This document shows, one piece after another, positions 59,901 through 64,000 of a stretch of DNA of 64,000 nt. The notes below the pieces were generated by a model that was not told the origin of the DNA, ran no database searches, and saw only the letters and a list, made by a program, of their open reading frames with translations. A program made the translations under genes and the position numbers. The stretch's first letter is position 1, and every line of letters starts with the position of its first letter. The DNA lies in assembly GCA_028023455.1 (NCBI GenBank), contig JAQFVV010000001.1, forward strand, positions 23,622,001-23,686,000. Reading direction: 5' to 3'. The stretch comes from Epiperipatus broadwayi (taxonomy: Eukaryota > Animalia > Onychophora).

Positions 59901-60450
59901 TATGTGTATACAGTGTATGCAACAATATAAGAAACAGCTCACCAAAAATGCCTCTTTACTCTTAGGAGAAAACAGAAAGAAACTAGCAAAATATCCATAT
60001 CAATTAGGCTGGTCTATTCAAAGGATATCATTTTTAGAAAAATATCATGGATTTAAAATCAAACTGGGCAGAAATCAAACTATTTAAAACTATGCCATTA
60101 CCACAACTACTAAAATCTTCAAGATGCATTTTCTTGTCATAGTTTTTGAGATGTTCTCATAACTGACAATGCATAATTATTTTAAGTGAAGAATTCCAGA
60201 AATATTTTAAAGAAGCAAGTATATTTCAAAAAATTATCACTAGGACATCTAATTTACAAAAACAGACTAGTTGAAAAAAATGTGCAAATATTCAAGAAGT
60301 GATGATTGTCTTGAGCAAAAAGCTAGGATATATGCACCAAAAAGTCTGAAAACTACTGTTCTAGTACTGGACAACTCCACCTAATAGTGGAAAGACTTAG
60401 AATTTATATTTAAATCATCAAATTCAAATTCATCTGGATTGACCTAAGGT
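56941..60450 (+). pseudogene. Decayed Ty3/Gypsy (Mag-like) gag-pol
   Basis: Gag-like start MDAQQFMQFLRYNQQ at 56941; protease QIDTG (ORF 57867); RT IIPKPDGEICFCVHYK, LDLFKAH, FGIKTAQSEF and KFLG; RNase H DRSVYGILRVLLHITDG..IAFATR; integrase-like remnants at about 59900-60300. PR-RT-RH-IN order. Confidence 0.75.
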
Positions 60451-61084
60451 TAATCAAATTAAAAAAAGGATACAATATAGAAAAACACAGCAGTTAAGCA
60501 TAGGAGATCAAGTTCAAGTTCAAAACTACTCCAACGAGAAAACAGAATAGAAGTTAGATACTATCTTAAAAGAAATTTGGTTAACTCTACTACCTTGTGA
60601 AACTTGAAGAGTAAACACATTGACTCTGTATTAGTATCACAAAAAAGAAATTCTTGTCAATTTCAACAAGTTTAAGAGTTCAAAAATGACAAAGACAATA
60701 ACTTACACTATAATCCCAGTGACTCAATGCACCTGCATCTTCAATTATCAATTAAACATGAAACATTAATAGGAATTAACTCCAGTGATAGTTCCAACTC
60801 CAAGAACTCCACCAATTCTGTGTCCTGCTCTAACTTCAGACATGGCATCTCCAGGATTCTATTCTTTAACTGAATATTTATCAATAAGCATGGGAGAATT
60901 ATAATAACTGCTTGTAATATTTCCATAATGTATATAAACAGCACTGCCATCAAACAATATTTTATTTTGGAGCTTTTGTTTTTAAAGAATCTGACAAGAG
61001 ATTGAGCATATTTTTCTCACATAAGAGTCTGATAAATAGATCAAGAAACCATCAATAAACATAACACTGACCTAAGCTGAGCTA

Positions 61085-61098
61085 ATATCAGTAAGAAT

Positions 61099-61134
<36 letters not shown>

Positions 61135-61165
61135 ATCAATTGATCATATTGATATCAGTAAGAAT

Positions 61166-61201
<36 letters not shown>

Positions 61202-61214
61202 ATCAATTGATCAT
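61085..61214 (+). repeat. Tandem duplication of an approximately 63 bp unit containing (TA)n and the palindrome gatcaattgatc
   Basis: atatcagtaagaattga(ta)n-tggatcaattgatcat at 61085-61147 and 61152-61214. Confidence 0.9.
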
Positions 61215-61248
61215 CTTGAATCTATAAATTGAAATTGAACTAATTAAT

Positions 61249-62381
61249 ATGTCTGTAAATAAACATTTAATAAATTTTATTATTGAATCACTAAAATTTA
61301 TAAGTAATAATATTGTTGCAATATATAATGATAGGTATTATAAAATGGGCAAAGGATGGCCAATTGGATTACTTATGGTAGCACAAATTTGTAATTTTAC
61401 TCTGTCAAAATATGAAGATATTATATCTAATTCTTATAATTTTGAAGATATTAAAATTTATACTAGATATGTTGATGATGTTTTTGTTTGTGGTCCTAAA
61501 GACATTATTGATGTTCTTTTATATAATCTGAATAATTTAAACAATTTAAAATGGATTATTGAGAATGAACAAAATGGGAAAATAAAATTTTTGGATTTAC
61601 AAATATTTAGAGATGCTACTGATTTAAATTATAAATTAATTTTTAAACCTATTGGTGAAAGAGGATATATTCATTTTAAATCATGTGTTCCAATGATGCA
61701 TAAAATGGCAAGTCTGAAATCGTTTTTGCATTGCAATGATAAATTATGTAAATATAAGAGTGATAAAATTTTAAATATTGAACTCTTTGCTAATCAACCT
61801 TTAAAGGTTGGTTATGATAAAAACCAAAGCTTGTATACAGTAAATTCATTTAATAATATGAAGAGAGTTTGCAGTGTTACTTTAGATAATAAAAAATGGA
61901 TATCTATACTGTTTATAAATAACATGCAATCTACATTAATTAAGAATATATTTAAAGAAAAGTATAATATTCCATTTTATGTTCCTCCGAATGTTAATCG
62001 ATTGATTAATAATTCTAAGAGTATAATTCTTAAATTGCAAAGAAGTAATATAATTTATCAGATTTCATGTGGATGTCAGAAATTTTATATTGGTGAATCG
62101 AGATGTTCTGTGGAGAAAAGATTGAAGGAGCGTCAATTATTATATAATCGAATTAAAAATAATGTAAATAGTCAATTTAATACAGCTTCAGTATTCTTTG
62201 ACCATGAAAAGACTTGTAATTATAGGTTTATATTTAATAGTAATGAAATAAAAATATTAATGGAAGAAATCATAAAAAGAGGAAAATTAAAGAGGCAATT
62301 TTGATTGATAAATATAAGGATGATGTTATTAATAGGCAAGTTGCAAATATGGCCATACACAGCTTATGGAAATATATGTAA
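61249..62381 (+). CDS. Penelope-like element RT (C-terminal half) + GIY-YIG endonuclease; 5'-truncated, frameshift near 62280
   Basis: YTRYVDDVF, IKFLDLQI, YIHFKSCVP and IIYQISCGCQKFYIGESRCSVEKRLKE. After the frameshift it continues KIKEAILIDKYKDDVINRQVANMAIHSLWKYM* (TAA 62379-62381). Confidence 0.85.
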
Positions 62382-62415
62382 CATTAAGTTTAAAAAATTT
62401 GAAATTCAGTTAAAA

Positions 62416-62448
62416 CTGATGAGGATTACTATGTAATCGAAATCGCTA
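62416..62448 (+). ncRNA. Minimal hammerhead ribozyme core in the PLE pLTR
   Basis: CTGATGA-G-GATTAC-TAT-GTAATC-GAAA-TCGC-TA: intact core and perfect 6-bp stem II, 35 nt after the stop codon. Proximal stem I is poorly paired. Confidence 0.7.
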
Positions 62449-64000
62449 CAAAAGAATTTAAACTATAATATTGTATTTACCGTTAAATTTTTTTTATATA
62501 ACTGTATATATAAAGTAAATTGAATAATGGTTAAACATTCACATTGAGCAGTTTTGCTGTATATATTTTAAATGTTTTACTGATTAGCTAGCTATATGTC
62601 AGCTGTATCAAAAATTTTTGTAGTGAGATATAAAGTTGTTATCTAGAATTGTATCAATTTGGGATCTACATTTTTATATAATTTAATATAGTCTAAGCCC
62701 CTATTTATACATATATGTATATTTTTATCTGTCACGATGCACGAGATAAGAAAACTAATATTAAACAAATGTAAAATAATTACAGGACTAGTGTTGATTA
62801 CTAGGTTTACCATCAGAGCTATGACTTTATTGTTAAACTTTATATTTAGTTGTTAATTTTTAAATATGCTTTTTATTTATATTAATATTAAATTTAGTTT
62901 CTGTTATGCCTAAAAGATCAGAGAAATGTTCAAAAGAAAAACATTACTCGGTATATTTTAGTCCTAAGTTCAGGTTCATTGCATTTAATGTAGAAAAAAT
63001 ATTATAATGTTTCTCAGAAAAAAATTATTAGAATGTGTGGTATGTATCTTCAATACATTAAGTTATTGGGTTTTTTTTGTTGAGTCTTCAGTTTCTTTTT
63101 CATGTACAACTATATACCCCCCCCCCTTTTTTTTTTTAAAAAAAAAAAAAACTCTTTTACAAAAATAATAAAATAAAATTAACAGATTTTCTAAACTTCT
63201 ATTTCAGTAACAGAATGCATCAATGAAAAAAGAGAGATTTCTTCAATAATTGTTCAGTTTTCCAAATATATTGAGATTAATAAGTTTGCTTACAAATTTC
63301 ATTTTCTTCATTAGAACATTATTATATTAAAAAGATACTTTAAATATTGATTGTTCAAACAAAACATTGTTGGTACTATTGGTAGTTACTTTGATTTAAA
63401 TGTTCAATTTATTTTATATTGTATTCTTATTTCAATGTTGCCTGTTGGTGTTGTTTTTTTATCTTTCAAATATCATTCATTTTTGGTAATTGTACTCTTC
63501 TTTATATTTACTTATTTTATTATTATTATTTTTAGCATCAATGTTTATATTTTGTATTCCTGTTGATTGTCACCATTGACTATTAGAATCAGTATTACAG
63601 ACCTCATTAGTATTATTAAATAAGTTATTATTAAATCCATGTTGGCAATTCTTATTTGTTATAAGTGCTGTAGAGTTACTTGATGGAAAATTATTTAATG
63701 AATGTGGAAATTTTAGTTATTTGTTTTGCAACAACTGTAATGTTTATTCTGTTATTCACATTGAATCTTTTACTATGACCCCACCCCCATTGCTTGTTAT
63801 GATATTTTGATTAAAACATGATAAATAAGGGCACTTGCTTTTTTGCTATTTTAAATTTATAAAAAATATTTTTAAAAAACAAATTACCAAAATCATTTTT
63901 GATATACTATGCAAATTAACCGCTTTATTTTTCATTGATGATTTTGTTTACTATTACTTTGTTTCACACCCATACTTATGGTTTAAACCCATACTAGATT

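Overview
AT-rich, CpG-depleted eukaryotic (probably invertebrate) DNA made mostly of transposable elements and their remnants. I found no prokaryotic features, rRNA, tRNA gene or CRISPR array, and no confidently identifiable host gene. The centrepiece (16.8-24.9 kb) is a head-to-tail pair of about 99% identical, 5'-truncated APE-RT LINEs of the CR1/L2 group. Each copy is preceded and followed by (TTA)n, and ORF1 and ORF2 are in frame, separated by one TGA. Penelope-like elements (PLEs) appear at three loci: a RT + GIY-YIG ORF at 61.2-62.4 kb, an inverted pair at 35.1-36.5 kb, and a probable inverted pLTR cluster at 0.2-1.0 kb. Each carries a minimal hammerhead-ribozyme-like motif just after the stop codon. 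Also present are a decayed Mag-like Ty3/Gypsy element (56.9-60.5 kb), a solo LTR with tRNA-Pro-like PBS nested in an old LINE, several other LINE fossils, long fold-back (MITE-like) elements, and several perfect short hairpins and mirror-image microsatellites. The 23.9-24.5 kb low-complexity block looks like a base-calling artefact. Coordinates of degenerate elements are approximate; all alignments were done by eye.
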